Below are positions 26,609 through 41,468 of a DNA stretch of 64,000 nucleotides, piece after piece; the stretch's first letter is position 1; each line of letters starts with the position of its first letter. The translations under genes were made by a program, and so were the position numbers. The stretch comes from Eledone cirrhosa (lineage: Eukaryota): contig OZ024740.1 of NCBI GenBank assembly GCA_964016885.1, forward strand, positions 229,400,001-229,464,000. Direction: 5' to 3'. The notes under the pieces were generated by a model. That model worked only from the letters and a program-made list of their open reading frames with translations. It did not search any database and was not told the origin of the DNA.

Positions 26609-28863
26609 ATGTCGGGAGCAATTCATGGTATCAACGTGGACTGTATATGTAGTCGTTTAGCGAGGACTGTCAGGTCGAGTATTATGGACAATTTTTGAAA
26701 GTCCTTGGCTTAGAAGGTTATCATTTCTTTATCATTATGATATTGTGAAGCTTATCCAATCTTTGGGAGATAAATATTACAAAGATGGCCATAATCGCGT
26801 TGCCATCAACAGTGACAATTCAATATCTGTGCAGAATGACCTAACCATCCATCACTCACTCGTTCAATGCCCGGCCAATGCAGATTTGTGGGTTTATATC
26901 AAACAGTTAATACTATTTTCGGGGAAGATCTGGAGCAAGAAGTATTGGCTTCGAAATAAGTCCTCCGTGTTCTTACGTACAAGCAGGCGCGGAGGATTGC
27001 AGCAGAGACAGTAAAGGCGTCCAAAGTTAAGATATGGGAGGATATTGGGGTTAAGCTGGAATCCGACTTTAGATTAGCAAATAAAGTATTCTGGCAGACC
27101 ATCCGCCGACATCGTAATAAGAAGTCTTTCTCCACACCTGCTGTCAGGAACGCATCTGGATTTCTCCTCTGTTCAGAGAAGTATATCCCCGTGAGGTGGA
27201 AAAAATACATTGCTGATCTCCTAAACACAATCACAACAGCATCTTATGATGTACACGAGGCGCATCTGGGAGTGGTGTCTAATCTCTCAGAGGCTGAGGT
27301 CACAAGAGCTCAAATATTGCAAGGCCACCGGGGAAGATGAAATCCGCTCCGAGACGTTAATAGCCTTAAACAGAGAAGGTCTTCTCTGGCTGGCTGGAGT
27401 GTCTTTTGGCCTGGATCTCTGGAAAGACACTTAACCAATGGCAATCGGGAGTGATAATCACAATTATCAAAAAGAGAGACAAGAGAGATTGTTCCAATTA
27501 CAAAGGGATCTCCTTGTTAAGCTTACCCGGTAAAGTCTATGCTAAGTACCTGGCATAGAGATGCAGGGAGATTGTTGAGTCCAAGCTAGCTGATAAACAG
27601 TGAGGTTTTCGCCCGGACGCAGACTAGCCGACCAAATATTTACACTGCGGCGGGTTTTCGAGAAATCAGGGGAATATTGTCACGAATTTTATTCTTGTTT
27701 TGTCGATCTTGAAAAGGTATATCACTGCGTTCCTCGGGAAACATTGTGGAAGGTTCTGCAGGAGTATGGGAATGATGGTCAGCTTCTTGCTTCCCTGATG
27801 TCTTTATACGTATTTGTTTTCGGAAAGATTGTGCTGTCAAAACCATTCTATGTGGGAGTTCTAATCCGCCAAGGGTGCTTACTGTGACCTCTCTTGTTCA
27901 TCATTTACATGAACAGAATTGACATGCGCAGCCGGGTTGGAAGTGTTATCATGACTGGTGGGTGTAACACCACTCGACTGGTATTTGCAGACGACAAGGT
28001 GTTACTGAACTCGACAGAAGGTGATCTCCGACTTGCATTCGATAGGTTTGATGTCAAGTGCTGCACGACTGGAAAGAAAATCAGTGCTGCAAAAGTTGAG
28101 ACACTCCTCATCTCAAGGAAGCCTGCGCAGTGCACTCTGCATATGAATGAAGTTCCACTGAAGAAGTATCTCAGGGTTGTGTTCACGAATAATGAAACGG
28201 AAGTGGCTGAATTAAATGTAAAAATGTCAGTAATGCGCCAGCTTTAGCATTCATTAATCAGAAGAAGAGTCGTAGGCGTAAAATCCAAACTTACTATCTT
28301 CATTTCGGTATTCGTGTCAACCCTTGCCTATGCTCATGAATCGTGGGTAATGATCGAAAGAATACGATCGCGAATACAAGCGGCCGAAATGGGGTTCCAT
28401 CGAAGGCTCTTTGGACTAACGTTACTCGATAGAGTGTGTAGCTTGGAGATCAGATAGTCACTCCAGGTAAAGCCGTTACTTCTCCAAATTGAGAGATCAC
28501 AGCTCCGATATTATGGTTATGAGGTTAGAATGTCGCAGGAAAGAATCGCTGGACAGATTTTACGGGAAAAAACCAACAGACAAGAGAACCAGGGTTAGGC
28601 CACGAGCAAAATGGTTGGATAACATCCATGAGCTTGGTCCGTCTCCCTTAGGGATTCAGCCAGATCAGTTGGAGATAGTTGCTTCTGACTGGACCCGCTG
28701 GAAGGAGTGTTTAAGGACTCTGCCTCCACGGCCCTCTCAGGAATAAGTGGGCGAAGAAGAAGAAGAAGAAGAAGAAGAAGAAGAAGAAGAAGAAGAAGAA
28801 GAAGAAGAAGAAGAAGAAGAAGAAGAAGAAGAAGAAGAAGAAGAAGAAGAAGAAGAAGAAGAA
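26609..28863 (+). mobile_element. RTE-clade LINE, decayed and 5'-truncated, with (GAA)37 tail
   Basis: KATGEDEIRSE, CSNYKGISLLSLPGKVY, DQIFTLRRVFEK, CFVDLEK, RQGC, LVFADD in broken frames from ~26940; candidate TSD agaaggtatatgtg at 26595-26608 and 28860-28873. Confidence 0.9.
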
Positions 28864-28999
28864 GGTATATGTGTATCAGGATGAAACCAGTATTAAACTA
28901 ATTAGACAATTATTCAGCAATTTACTCGATATACTTGGTGTAGTAGAGTCTGGAATTATCTGTCGAAACGACAAGATCTCTGCCGTCGGGCTCCTACAC

Positions 29000-29057
<58 letters not shown>

Positions 29058-29584
29058 ATAATAATAAATGTGAAGACTAAAATCCAAAGCGGGCTCGATA
29101 AGGATAAATATATATCAAATATATAAGAACTATAGAGCAAATATCTATTAAAATGACAGATTAAAGTTTAAGCAAAGAATCGCTGCTTTTACCCTTAACG
29201 AGACCGGCCAAGCTCAGAAGATCCCATTGAGGGTGAAAGCACCGATTCTTTGCTTAAACTTTAATCTGGTATTTTAATATATATATAAATGCAAGGTGAA
29301 GAACTATTAGATAAAATATATACAGTATTTCCTCTCCTAATCAGTATAAATCAACCACATAAAAAATCATTTAAACGAGACTATAAGTTTAAAATGTACT
29401 TATGAAGAAATAATAGACAAATGATACAGATTATCTTCCGCGATGTACAGCCATATGACACTTATCTAATTATTTCTTTTAGCCTGTAGAAATTGACTTA
29501 GACAAATAATTAACTACACGGAGTTAGGTACAAAATAGAAGTTTGAAGAAAAAATGCGCATAAATTTTACCAAAATTCCTCTAG

Positions 29585-29667
29585 TCTCGACCACCGGTGA
29601 TTTCGTTCCACTTTTTGGATATACGCGATCTTGGATATATTCTCGAAGCCTGGAACTCTTCAGGAAA
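29585..29667 (-). ncRNA. type I hammerhead ribozyme
   Basis: minus strand tttc CTGAAGA gttcca..tggaac GAAA tca-ccgg-tgg TC gaga; 6-bp helix II; palindromic loop CCGG; GUC triplet. Confidence 0.8.
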
Positions 29668-29983
29668 TACCTCAGACTGGACTAAGTTTTTTCTACCATG
29701 ATCCCCGCCAGAAATGAATTCAAAATGGCTAAGAACTGTCACGTGGCCAGCGGTCAAGGTAGATCATTAAAATTATATTTGTTTTGATGTGATAGTTTGA
29801 TTTCGTAACTGTTGCTGGTTATACATTTAACTATATCTTCGTTGCTTCTTTCGTTATTTTCTTTATTTCTCTCTCATTTCCATCTATCCTCCTTCCTTTA
29901 TTTATTTATCATTAATACTATTATTGATGTAGTAATTTGAATTTTGAATTTTACCGTTACGCATATATTTTATATTTCTTAAT

Positions 29984-30090
29984 AGTCTCTGATGAAACGA
30001 TTGAACTTGGATATATTGTAAATTGAGTTATACTGTCTCCAGTATTTAGCAATTTATAGACAATTCTATCATGGAAACAATTGTAAGACT
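29984..30090 (+). ncRNA. type I hammerhead ribozyme motif
   Basis: agtct CTGATGA ..~78 nt.. GAAA c-aatt-g TA agact; perfect helix I; helix II base imperfect. Confidence 0.65.
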
Positions 30091-30303
30091 GTAAATAAAT
30101 TTCCTTGTTAGTACTGTCAACCATGTTATTCTTCACTTTTTTATTACTCCAAAATATATTTACATAGGAATACAAGCGAAGTCATAAAATCGTCACCAAC
30201 GTAAACTACTTGTTGAGTCAGACAGCACTGTACGCTTAAACTGTCCATAATAAGTAGTTTTCATAGACTCTTAACGGATTACCTTTAACGATTTATCGTT
30301 ATC

Positions 30304-30368
<65 letters not shown>

Positions 30369-30574
30369 AAATGAGATTAATATTCCCACAGGTACTAAGT
30401 ACCTACGGAAATATATAGGGTGTCTATAATACAATTGTTGTTCAATGGTACTAATTTGAGATACCAGAACTATATATATATATATATAGTAATAATAATA
30501 AATTTGAAGACTAAAATCCAAAGAGGGGTCGATAAGGATACATATATATCAAATATATAAGAACCGTTAATAAA

Positions 30575-30609
<35 letters not shown>

Positions 30610-30738
30610 GCTTATGCCCGAAACGTCGTCCCCCACCTACACCCCACTGTCCCCCACCTACACCCCACTCTCCAGAGCGTGAAATTAATAAACATTTGTT
30701 GTACTGCCTCTCTGTTTTGTCCCTGTTCAAATTTTTCC

Positions 30739-30825
<87 letters not shown>

Positions 30826-30998
30826 AACATCACGGGCGCTCTATCTCAAAATTAATTTTGAAAAGCATTAAAAATGCGCAACCGGTAAAACTTAAAACCA
30901 AAACTGAATACTAACCAATACTATTACTAATTTTTACTTATTCCTAATTAAACTATTTTTCGCTGGGAACAATTTGTCAGCATTTTCTTTTCCGTTTA

Positions 30999-31055
<57 letters not shown>

Positions 31056-31062
<7 letters not shown>

Positions 31063-31658
31063 TATAAGCAGAACAAGCAAAATTCAACCAATTTTTTAAA
31101 ATAAATTAAAAAATATAATTTAAATATTTACCTATTCACATGGCTCTTACCGATCGGTTTCGCCTTGTAAAACACCAGAGACCCAATGGATTTCTAATGG
31201 AAAATCAAGGCTCATCAGAGAAGCATTTTCCCTTCCTAGGGCTGAAGACCCAGGAACGATAAAATATATTGTTATCTGCCAGCTAGCACAGATCCAAAAG
31301 GCCGAAAAATGACCTGTACGTGAACTACCCGAGGTGAAAGCGGGAAAAACATAGACGTGTTGTCTATCTCGTTACTAAAAATAGCAGCTAAATAGAAACA
31401 ACATGATTGTTCTCAACAAATGGAGGGTGATAGAAGAAGTTAGTAAGCCCGTGGGTACTAAGTACCCCTGGAAATACATAGGTTGTCTATGATTTAAGGT
31501 TGTTCTATGGTATCAATTTGACATACCAGAACTATAATATTAATATAAGCAGAACAAGCAAAATTCAACCAATTTTTTAAAATAAATTAAAAAATATAAT
31601 TTAAATATTTACCTATTCATATGGCTCTAGAGCCATATGAATAGGTAAATATTTAAAT
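31056..31658 (-). mobile_element. retrozyme-like element: 481-nt unit with terminal redundancy and terminal palindrome
   Basis: 31056-31147 is repeated at ~31537-31628; a palindrome is centred on 31628/31629; adjacent to (TA)n. Confidence 0.8.
31143..31224 (-). ncRNA. type I hammerhead ribozyme, canonical core
   Basis: minus strand ttct CTGATGA gccttg..caaggc GAAA cc-gatc-gg TA agag. Confidence 0.85.
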
Positions 31659-31820
31659 ACATACATACATATGGCAAGTAAGTATGTTTTGAAACAGTGA
31701 GCGAGTTTGAAATTAGAAAATATATAGCTTTCACCGTATTTTTGACTAAAGGAATTTTAGCTTGATAACGGGGTTTAGAACCCTCAGATAAATGGAAAAA
31801 GATGAGTATTGACGTACTGA

Positions 31821-31996
31821 ATTGGCAGTATCGGTAGAGGGTTGGACGCCATGCTTTCTAGCATAGTTATGTCCCTTTACGATCTGAGTTCAAATCCTGC
31901 CGAGGTTGACTTTGCCTTTCATCCTTACGGGGTCGATAAAATAAAGTACCAGTAATGCACTGGGTAATTGTTGGCCTTGTGCCTAAAGTAGAAACT
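31821..31996 (+). mobile_element. major SINE
   Basis: matches the 58112-58298 copy. Confidence 0.9.
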
Positions 31997-32419
31997 ATTA
32001 TATATATATATAATTTCAGCGAGATCGTATTTCGGTTGTGGTCAAAAACAAAGCGAAACGCAATTTTCGAGATATGCGGCAAGCGCTTAATGGACTAGAC
32101 CAGAACAATTAACACACACATAAATATAGTAACCCCTTTTCTACTTCCTTTATCCCCACCGTCAGTATGACCGATGCAGTCTGGCTGACTGACTGCTCTC
32201 AAGGCGACATACATAGTTTCCATTCATAACATACTTCTCATTCTTCATCTCATTCCAGATTATTCGTTCATCCATTCGTTTATTCTTTTATTCAATCATT
32301 CAACGATTTAGCCCCCGCCCTCTCACTCTGCTTATTCTGTTTTTCTTCTATTTCTCTCTTTCTCTTTAATTCTATCACTCACACTCTCGCACTCTTTCTC
32401 ATATTCTCTCTCATGTCGC

Positions 32420-33945
<1,526 letters not shown>

Positions 33946-34181
33946 ACACTGACTCACACCACTTCCACACACAAACACACAGGCACATTGAGTCGCCTCC
34001 ATCCCGCCACACATCTATACCCCACCTCCATCTACTGCTCACATACACACACCAACACCCACGTTCACACACACAAATGCTAATGACAATGTACTTGCTG
34101 ACACGGAATGACAAAACAACACGAACTCTACAATGAAGCAGTTATATACATAAAAACAAAAGTTGATATGTCAAAAATAGA

Positions 34182-35410
34182 ACTATGATAATAATAATTG
34201 TTTCTATTTTAGGCACAAGGCCAGCAAATAGCCAGTACATTACTGGTACTTTATTTTATCGAGCCCGTAAGGACGAAAGGCAAAGCTAACCTCGGCGGTA
34301 TTTGAACTCAGACCATAAAGGGACGAAACTATGCCGTAAAGCATGGCGTCCGACTCTACCGATATTGCCAATACTATGATAATAATAATTGTTTCTACTT
34401 TAGGCACAAGGCCAGCAAATAGCCAGTACATTACTGGTACTTTATTTTATCGAGCCCGTAAGGACGAAAGGCAAAGCTAACCTCGGCGGTATTTGAACTC
34501 AGACCATAAAGGGACGAAACTATGCCGTAAAGCATGGCGTCCGACTCTACCAATATTGCCAATACTATGATAATAATAATTGTTTCTACTTTAGGCACAA
34601 GGCCAGCAAATATCCAGTACATTACTGGTACTTTATTTTATCGACCCCGTAAGTTAACCTCGGCGGGATTTGAACTCAGACTGTAAAGGGACGAAACTAT
34701 GCCGTAAAGCATGGCGTCCGACTCTACCAATATTGCCAATACTATGATAATAATAATTGTTTCTACTTTAGGCACAAGGCCAGCAATTACCCAGTACATT
34801 ACTGGTACTTTATTTTATCGACCCCCCTAAGTTAACCTCGGCGGCATTTGAACTCAGACTGTAAAGGGACGTAACTATGCTAGAAAGTATGGCGCCCAAC
34901 CCTCTAGCGATACTGCCAAATGATTTCTGATTTAGGCACAAGGCCAACAATTTGGGGGGGGGGATGGGAAAGTCGATTAAATCGACCTCAGTACGTTACT
35001 GGTACTTTATTTTATGAACCCTGTAAGAATGAAAGGTAAACGTAATTTCAGTGAGATTTGACCTCAAAGCGCAAAGGGATATAATAATTGTTTCTACTTT
35101 AGGCACAAAGCCAACAATTTGGTGGGGGGGGGGGGTCGATTAAATTGATTCAGTATGATACTGGTATTTTATTTTATCAACCTCGTAAGAATGAAAGGTA
35201 AAGTTAACCTCGGCGGGATTTGAACTCAGAACACAAAGGTGTGTAATAATGGTTTCTTATATAGGCACAAGGCCAGCAATTTTGGGGGAGGGTAAGATCG
35301 ATTAAATCGATCCCAGTGCGTGACTGGTACTTTATTTTATCGACCCCCGTAAGGATGAAAGGCAAAGTTAACCTCGGCGGGATTTGAACTGGGAACGCAA
35401 AGGAGTGTAA
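34182..35410 (-). mobile_element. tandem SINE array: 4 young units plus 3 older-subfamily units
   Basis: period 191 bp, then ~179 bp after a shared deletion; spacer actatgataataataat; older units carry a G-run segment. Confidence 0.9.
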
Positions 35411-36214
35411 TAATAAAAGTAATAAGAATATTAAACGAAAATTTATAGATTTGTTATGTGTTGTCTTTTATTGGTGACGGAGGCCCAATATATTAGGCAT
35501 AATAGAAAACAATTGACTCGATCCCAGACCTTATCCACTTACCGAATGAGGTGGAACTTGTCAAATCGGAACAAAGGAACAATGTTTCTATTGGTCTTTC
35601 CATTGTTGATATTATCTACTGGTCACAACTTCTGGCAGAAGAAGCAACATGAAATAAAGTGTCTTGCTCAAGGACATAACGCATCGCCCAGTCCGGAAAT
35701 CGAACTCGTAGCCTCACGATTGCGAATCCAATTCTATAACCACAAAACCACGTAAAGGCCCTCAACTCTCGCAGGAGTCGTAGAGGTACCTACCTGACAC
35801 ACGGCGTTTATTGAGCATTTAAACCTAACGAAGCCCATCTTTCTCTGTCTGAACACAGTCGATTTTTCCACGTATAGATAACAGTTTGCTTCGCGTAAAT
35901 CCGAGTACTAAGGAAGGTATACGACTGTTTAGCTTGTGCTTTATATAATATAACATATTTACCTCTACGTTTAAATATTGTGGGTTCTTTCTTTAGTGAT
36001 TACAACCTCACATTCAAGCAACAATACACACACACACACTCATTGATCATGCTTTTATATTTATTTTTATTTCATTTCATTTTATTTTGATCATGCTTTA
36101 TTTTTATTTTTATTTTTAATTTCATTCGCACCGTTTCCTCCCACCCCCTTTTCGCTATATGTCTCTCCACCACTCCCCTACACACCCTTTGAACTCTCTT
36201 CCCACACACTTCTC

Positions 36215-36246
36215 ATCTGAGGAAGGGCTTATGCCCGAAACGTCGT
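36215..36246 (+). ncRNA. minimal PLE-type hammerhead (copy of 24740)
   Basis: CTGAGGA agggcttatgccc GAAAC GTC. Confidence 0.72.
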
Positions 36247-36462
36247 TCCCCACCACCACCCCACTCTCCAGAGCGTGAAATTAATAAACATTCGTTGTAC
36301 TGCCTCTCTGTTTTGTTCCTGTTCAAATTTTCCATTATATATATATATATATGTATATAAATGAAAGGATTACAAAGGAGAATATATACTGTTATATAAA
36401 AGCACCTACGTACGTAGGTGCTTTTATATATACACGTTCTAACAGTATATATTCTGCTTTCC

Positions 36463-36600
36463 AGCATAGTTACGTCCCTTTACGATCTGAGTTCAAATCC
36501 CGCCGAGGTTGACTTTGCCTTTCATCCTTACGGGGTCGATAAAATAAAGTACCAGTAATGCACTGGGTAATTGCTGGCCTTGTGCCTAATGTAGAAACAA
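36463..36600 (+). mobile_element. 5'-truncated major SINE
   Basis: SINE body match. Confidence 0.85.
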
Positions 36601-36931
36601 GTATATATTCTCCTTTGTAATCCTTTCATTTGTAACCGCTCTGCTTATATTCTCGCCCGCTAAATATTAACGCTTCCGATATTTAACTCTGTAGGCACAA
36701 GTATTGAGCACGAATGCACAAACTATTGGCAACTAACTATATGAATCGCTTATCCCTTTAAACCTCTTCTTCTCTCTCACGATACTTAAATATTCTATAT
36801 ATTTATATATATATATATATATATTTATATTAGGTAGTAATATGTGCTAACGTCATATTTGACTACATAGAATTAGTCTGTTAGTTGGGATTGTGAAAAA
36901 ACCCTGGTTTGTGTCTCCCTATTTATATATA

Positions 36932-37089
36932 TACTAGACAACCCGTGACCCGTTGGGTCACGTTCACTTCAAAATATTTTTTAAAAATCATGTTCACTTA
37001 AAAATAATTTTCAAATAATTAAAATATACACAGACATGTATATAATGTGAAATGAAACTGGAAGGCCCATATATATACGTGTGTGTATG

Positions 37090-37136
<47 letters not shown>

Positions 37137-37246
37137 TTGTATACATATATATATATGTATGTGTGTGTGTATATATATATATGTGTGTGTCTGTGATCTA
37201 TATACACTGGTCATAGACACATACATATATATATATACACACACAA

Positions 37247-37314
<68 letters not shown>

Positions 37315-37362
37315 CTCTCTCTATATATATAAATATAAATATATACACAACACTACCACCAG

Positions 37363-37396
<34 letters not shown>

Positions 37397-37682
37397 CTCT
37401 TTTTCTCTCTCCTCTCCCTCTCTCTGTGTCTCTCTTTCAATCTACTCTCTCACAACCACTATCTCTTTCTCTCTATCCTTCTCTGTCTGTTTATGAAAGT
37501 ACCCGGAAAAACCCCATATCTCGGGAACCCGTGCTCCGATTTACGCGAAACTTGTTTTTATTCCATTTGTATTCCCATTTCAGGGTCAACTTCCTTTCAA
37601 AGTATTTTCCCATTATGTGCCCTTTTGGCTCTATTACATTACAGACAAGAAAGCAATCACTGACTTTTAGTAATATAAAGAT
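36932..37682. mobile_element. possible Helitron/Helentron-type non-autonomous element
   Basis: begins tactag plus hairpin cgtgaccc-gtt-gggtcacg; internal microsatellites; ends ttttagtaatataaagat; pattern from recall only. Confidence 0.3.
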
Positions 37683-37742
37683 AGATAGATAGATACCTGC
37701 TATGGTTATATAGCTTCTAATTGAATGGAAGGAAGAATGGGT

Positions 37743-37813
37743 GGTGTGTTTGTGTAATGGTAACACATTGGTCCAGTAAACCAAAGATGTGGGTTCGTGT
37801 CCTATGTACGTCA
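37743..37813 (+). pseudogene. tRNA-Thr(AGT)-like cloverleaf (pseudo-tRNA or SINE head)
   Basis: D arm gtgt/acac, anticodon arm ttggt-ccAGTaa-accaa, T arm gtggg-ttcgtgt-cctat; acceptor stem has 4 G-U pairs; C at position 33. Confidence 0.65.
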
Positions 37814-39161
37814 ACACTCATCCTTTATTCCATTCAGAGGGTTTTTTTAAAATCCCAACTAACAGACTAATTCTATGTAGTCAAATACGGCGTAAATACA
37901 TATTACTACCTAATTTTCAAATTCGCTAGCCGTTTGTAAACAAAACCTGCTTTGTGTCTCCCTATTTATATACATATATTTATATATTTATTTCAAACAA
38001 CAGAAGGCCGGAATGTTTTAAATAAATATGTATCTCCGTTCCTGCACTACCCACGGGATAACACATCTATGATGGATGAGTTGCATAACGTAGAGTGCTT
38101 TTCTTATATATACATCATGGTTAACTAAATGGAATGACCAATTCCATTGGTAAACCACAGAAAGTTATATATATACAACCTTAGAAAGAACTTTATTACG
38201 AAGTGTTGACATTGATCGCAATACATCGTCTCACACTTTAATCAACTATATAAGTTGTGTCTAAATAGATACTTTTATGTCTAATTAATATAAATGTTTT
38301 ATGATACATTGATATATAAACAGCAGCTTAATCAAAGTAAGAATTATGCATTAGTAATATAGTAATATAAGGAAATATTCTATCATCATTGCTGGTTCGT
38401 GTTTGTCTATCACTTAGAGAAAGGAGGTTGAAAGAGGGGGACAGGAGAGGGTGAGAGAGAGAGGCGGGAAAGAGAAAGATGAAAGAGAGAGAGAGATGGG
38501 GGGGGGTAAAGGGGAAATATGGTGGAAAGCGAGGGGCGGAGAGAGTGGGGGAAGATAGGGGGAGAGAGAGAGGCAAAAGAGGAAAAGAGAAATAAGCGAG
38601 GAGCATGAGAGAGGAAGAAAGAGAGGGGCATTTTAAAACCTGGTGGAGTCCATCTCCACTCCAGGTTCGAACACCACCAATTTCTTCCAGAGAAGGAGAG
38701 GAAATTGTAGAGAGAGATAACGAGAAAGAGACAGAGAGGAACAATCTACCCCAGTTCTAGACTGGTACATTTTTTTTATCAGCCTTGAAAGAATGAATGC
38801 GAAGTTGATCTCGGTGCGATTTGAACTCAACATGCAGAGAACCGAATAGAATACAGCAAATCACTTTATCCGATGTTCTAATGACACTCTACATTTACAT
38901 ATTTCTGTAAATGTAGGGCAAACTTTATCACATTCAGGGCAGATTGTTATCTCATACGTACCAGAGTAATCTACATCAGCCCCTTTTTAAATGGCTCCTT
39001 TTGTCACTCTTTTATTCAGCTTTGCTAAAGCGGGCTCTCCCACGCTTCCGGGCAATTCCACTTTCAATCCCTTCCTCACGTCACTTTTAAATCTTTCATA
39101 ATTTCTCCGTGTGCTTGTCCTTCATATACAGTTTCCCTCAATAGCGTTCGATCACTGGCAG

Positions 39162-39212
<51 letters not shown>

Positions 39213-39953
39213 TGTATGTATGTATGTATGTATGTATGTTGACTTGTTCTTCTTTTTGGTAAATATCATCTTGGTTAAGAGAGTGGGACTGGCTTTGTGC
39301 AGTGCCTTTGCTCACTATAAAAGCTTCACGGCACAGGCATTGCTTTATATCTGGAGATCTCTCTGCATTTGTCGTCACATGGTACCATGGGCCCAGCACT
39401 ATGTGTCAATAATTGTCACAAGTGTAGTGTTTGTACCAGAATTTTCATGTCGCTGGCTGGACTAAAAAGTCACACTTGTTCAGCGCATCGGTAGGGGTTC
39501 TCTTAAATGGATATAAAGTATATATATATATATAAAATGGCGAGCTGTGTTGTTGCATTTAAGTATAATAAAAAAAAAAAATAGAACTAGAAGTTAGGAT
39601 TATCCATCATCAGTTGTCTACTAAAAATCATAGGAATTTCTTCGCATTACAGACAATATACCTCCGCCTAGGTCGATTCAATAACTAAAGTAAGTTATTG
39701 GGATAAAAAGAAGTGGGTGGAGAAGAAATATATATATATATATATATAAAGGTTTACATATACATAAAGTTATAGATATATATGTTGCAACCGGTCACTT
39801 TTAAGAGGCCACTTTCGGTTATTTGTCGGAGATTTCTTCATAAGAGCCTTTCTTCTTATAGCTTGGTCTAATTGATTTTTTATATGGTTAATTATGCTAA
39901 TTGGAAGAAGAAATGGTATATATTTTATCTAATAATTCTAAGGACATGATTTA

Positions 39954-39992
<39 letters not shown>

Positions 39993-40029
39993 ATATTAAC
40001 AAATGGAAACTATATTTATAAAACCATAT

Positions 40030-40097
40030 TTATTTTATTATACATATTTCAAGGGCCACCAAGGCAGATTATGGTGCGCTTTCATCAGATAAAATAA
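40030..40097 (-). ncRNA. type I hammerhead ribozyme motif
   Basis: minus strand ttattttat CTGATGA aagcgcacca..tggtggccctt GAAA t-atgt-a TA ataaaataa; an inverted partial copy starts at 40167. Confidence 0.78.
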
Positions 40098-40332
40098 AAT
40101 ACAGATTAGTTTTATAAATAAATATTGACATACCCTGAAAAAAGACAACCTTAACGGTTGGAGCTTCCTTGGTGGCCCTTGAAATGTGTATAATAAAATA
40201 AATATGGTTTTATAAATTTAGTTTCAATTTGTTGATATATTGTATATTTACTCCAATAATTTGTTGAGTGCTTTATATCAGTTATAAAAATATTTTTAGC
40301 TTGTTGTATCCCAACAAATTAAATATAACCTC

Positions 40333-40414
<82 letters not shown>

Positions 40415-40469
40415 TATATAAAATAAAGTTAAATAAAAGTCAAATGATTAAAATTTAGCTTCGTTTATT

Positions 40470-40524
40470 ACTGCTATATATATTTCAGTGACAGCCATCT
40501 TTGGCTGTGACCTCTTCAGGCAGT
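40470..40524 (-). ncRNA. type I hammerhead ribozyme
   Basis: minus strand actgc CTGAAGA ggtcacagcc-aaagat-ggctgtcact GAAA tatata TA gcagt. Confidence 0.8.
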
Positions 40525-40735
40525 TTGAATTAGTATGGTATAGACAAGTACATATGTTGTTTAGGTGTATAATATTGTCAATACTCTGATATGCCCAGTT
40601 CCTTGTTTGGTTGTTAATTCACTGAGGAACTGGAGTCATATCTATATATATATATATATATATAAACATTGGAATGCCCTATATTATATAGCTTTTGAAG
40701 AATGATAACGAAAGGAAATTATTTTACATATCTCA

Positions 40736-40868
40736 TTCATTGTTTTACGATCGTTTCGGGGGATTGATCATATCGATATATTGACTGATCTATAGCCGTT
40801 ACAGAGCTGTATACTATCAGACATGATATATGGTTTCAATCATACTCTCTTCTTCGGAAACAATGAAG
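40736..40868 (-). ncRNA. hammerhead motif with U4C change and long loop II
   Basis: minus strand ttcattgttt CCGAAGA ..~100 nt.. GAAA c-gatc-g TA aaacaatgaa; perfect 10-bp helix I. Confidence 0.65.
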
Positions 40869-40932
40869 TTAGAATCTTACATTGAGTTCTAACTACGGTA
40901 TATACACTACCACTAAAGGTAGACCACATTGA

Positions 40933-40991
<59 letters not shown>

Positions 40992-41259
40992 CGTGCGTGT
41001 GTATGTGTGTGTGTGTGTGTGTGTGCGTGTGTATGTGTGTGTGTGTGTGTGTGTGCGTGTGTGTGCGTGTGTGTGTGTGTGTGTAAAAAGTAAAAGTGAA
41101 AAAGCACAGGGGTACATTTAAAGATTATTTCTTTCTTTAATCCGACACAATGAATATTTTTATAATTGCTACATTTAATGAAAAAATTAGAATTTTATTT
41201 CTCGCCCTACCACACCTGATACATAAATGTAAGTGTGCATTCGTACACACACACACACA

Positions 41260-41331
<72 letters not shown>

Positions 41332-41431
41332 GCTGACTGAATACACACGTGTTTTTCTCAAAAATATATTTTCCCGTTCCTTCCTATTCTTATTCACTAT
41401 CTTTCTATTTCATTTGTTATTTCTCATTCTA

Positions 41432-41468
41432 TCTTGTGATGAAGGACTAGTGTCCGAAACGTTTAAGA
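41432..41468 (+). ncRNA. minimal hammerhead, C3G-mutated copy
   Basis: tctt GTGATGA a ggac-tagt-gtcc GAAAC GTT taaga; same family as 59201. Confidence 0.55.

Noticed and set aside
28707-28901. Poly-Arg protamine-like ORF
   Set aside because: It is the (GAA)n tail of the RTE LINE.
37743-37813. Functional tRNA-Thr gene
   Set aside because: C33, four G-U acceptor pairs and the repeat context indicate a pseudo-tRNA.
39000-39165. Plus-strand exon after a strong acceptor-like site
   Set aside because: All frames stop within 30 codons, and the minus strand (ASDRTLLRETVYEG) looks more like a LINE C-terminal remnant.
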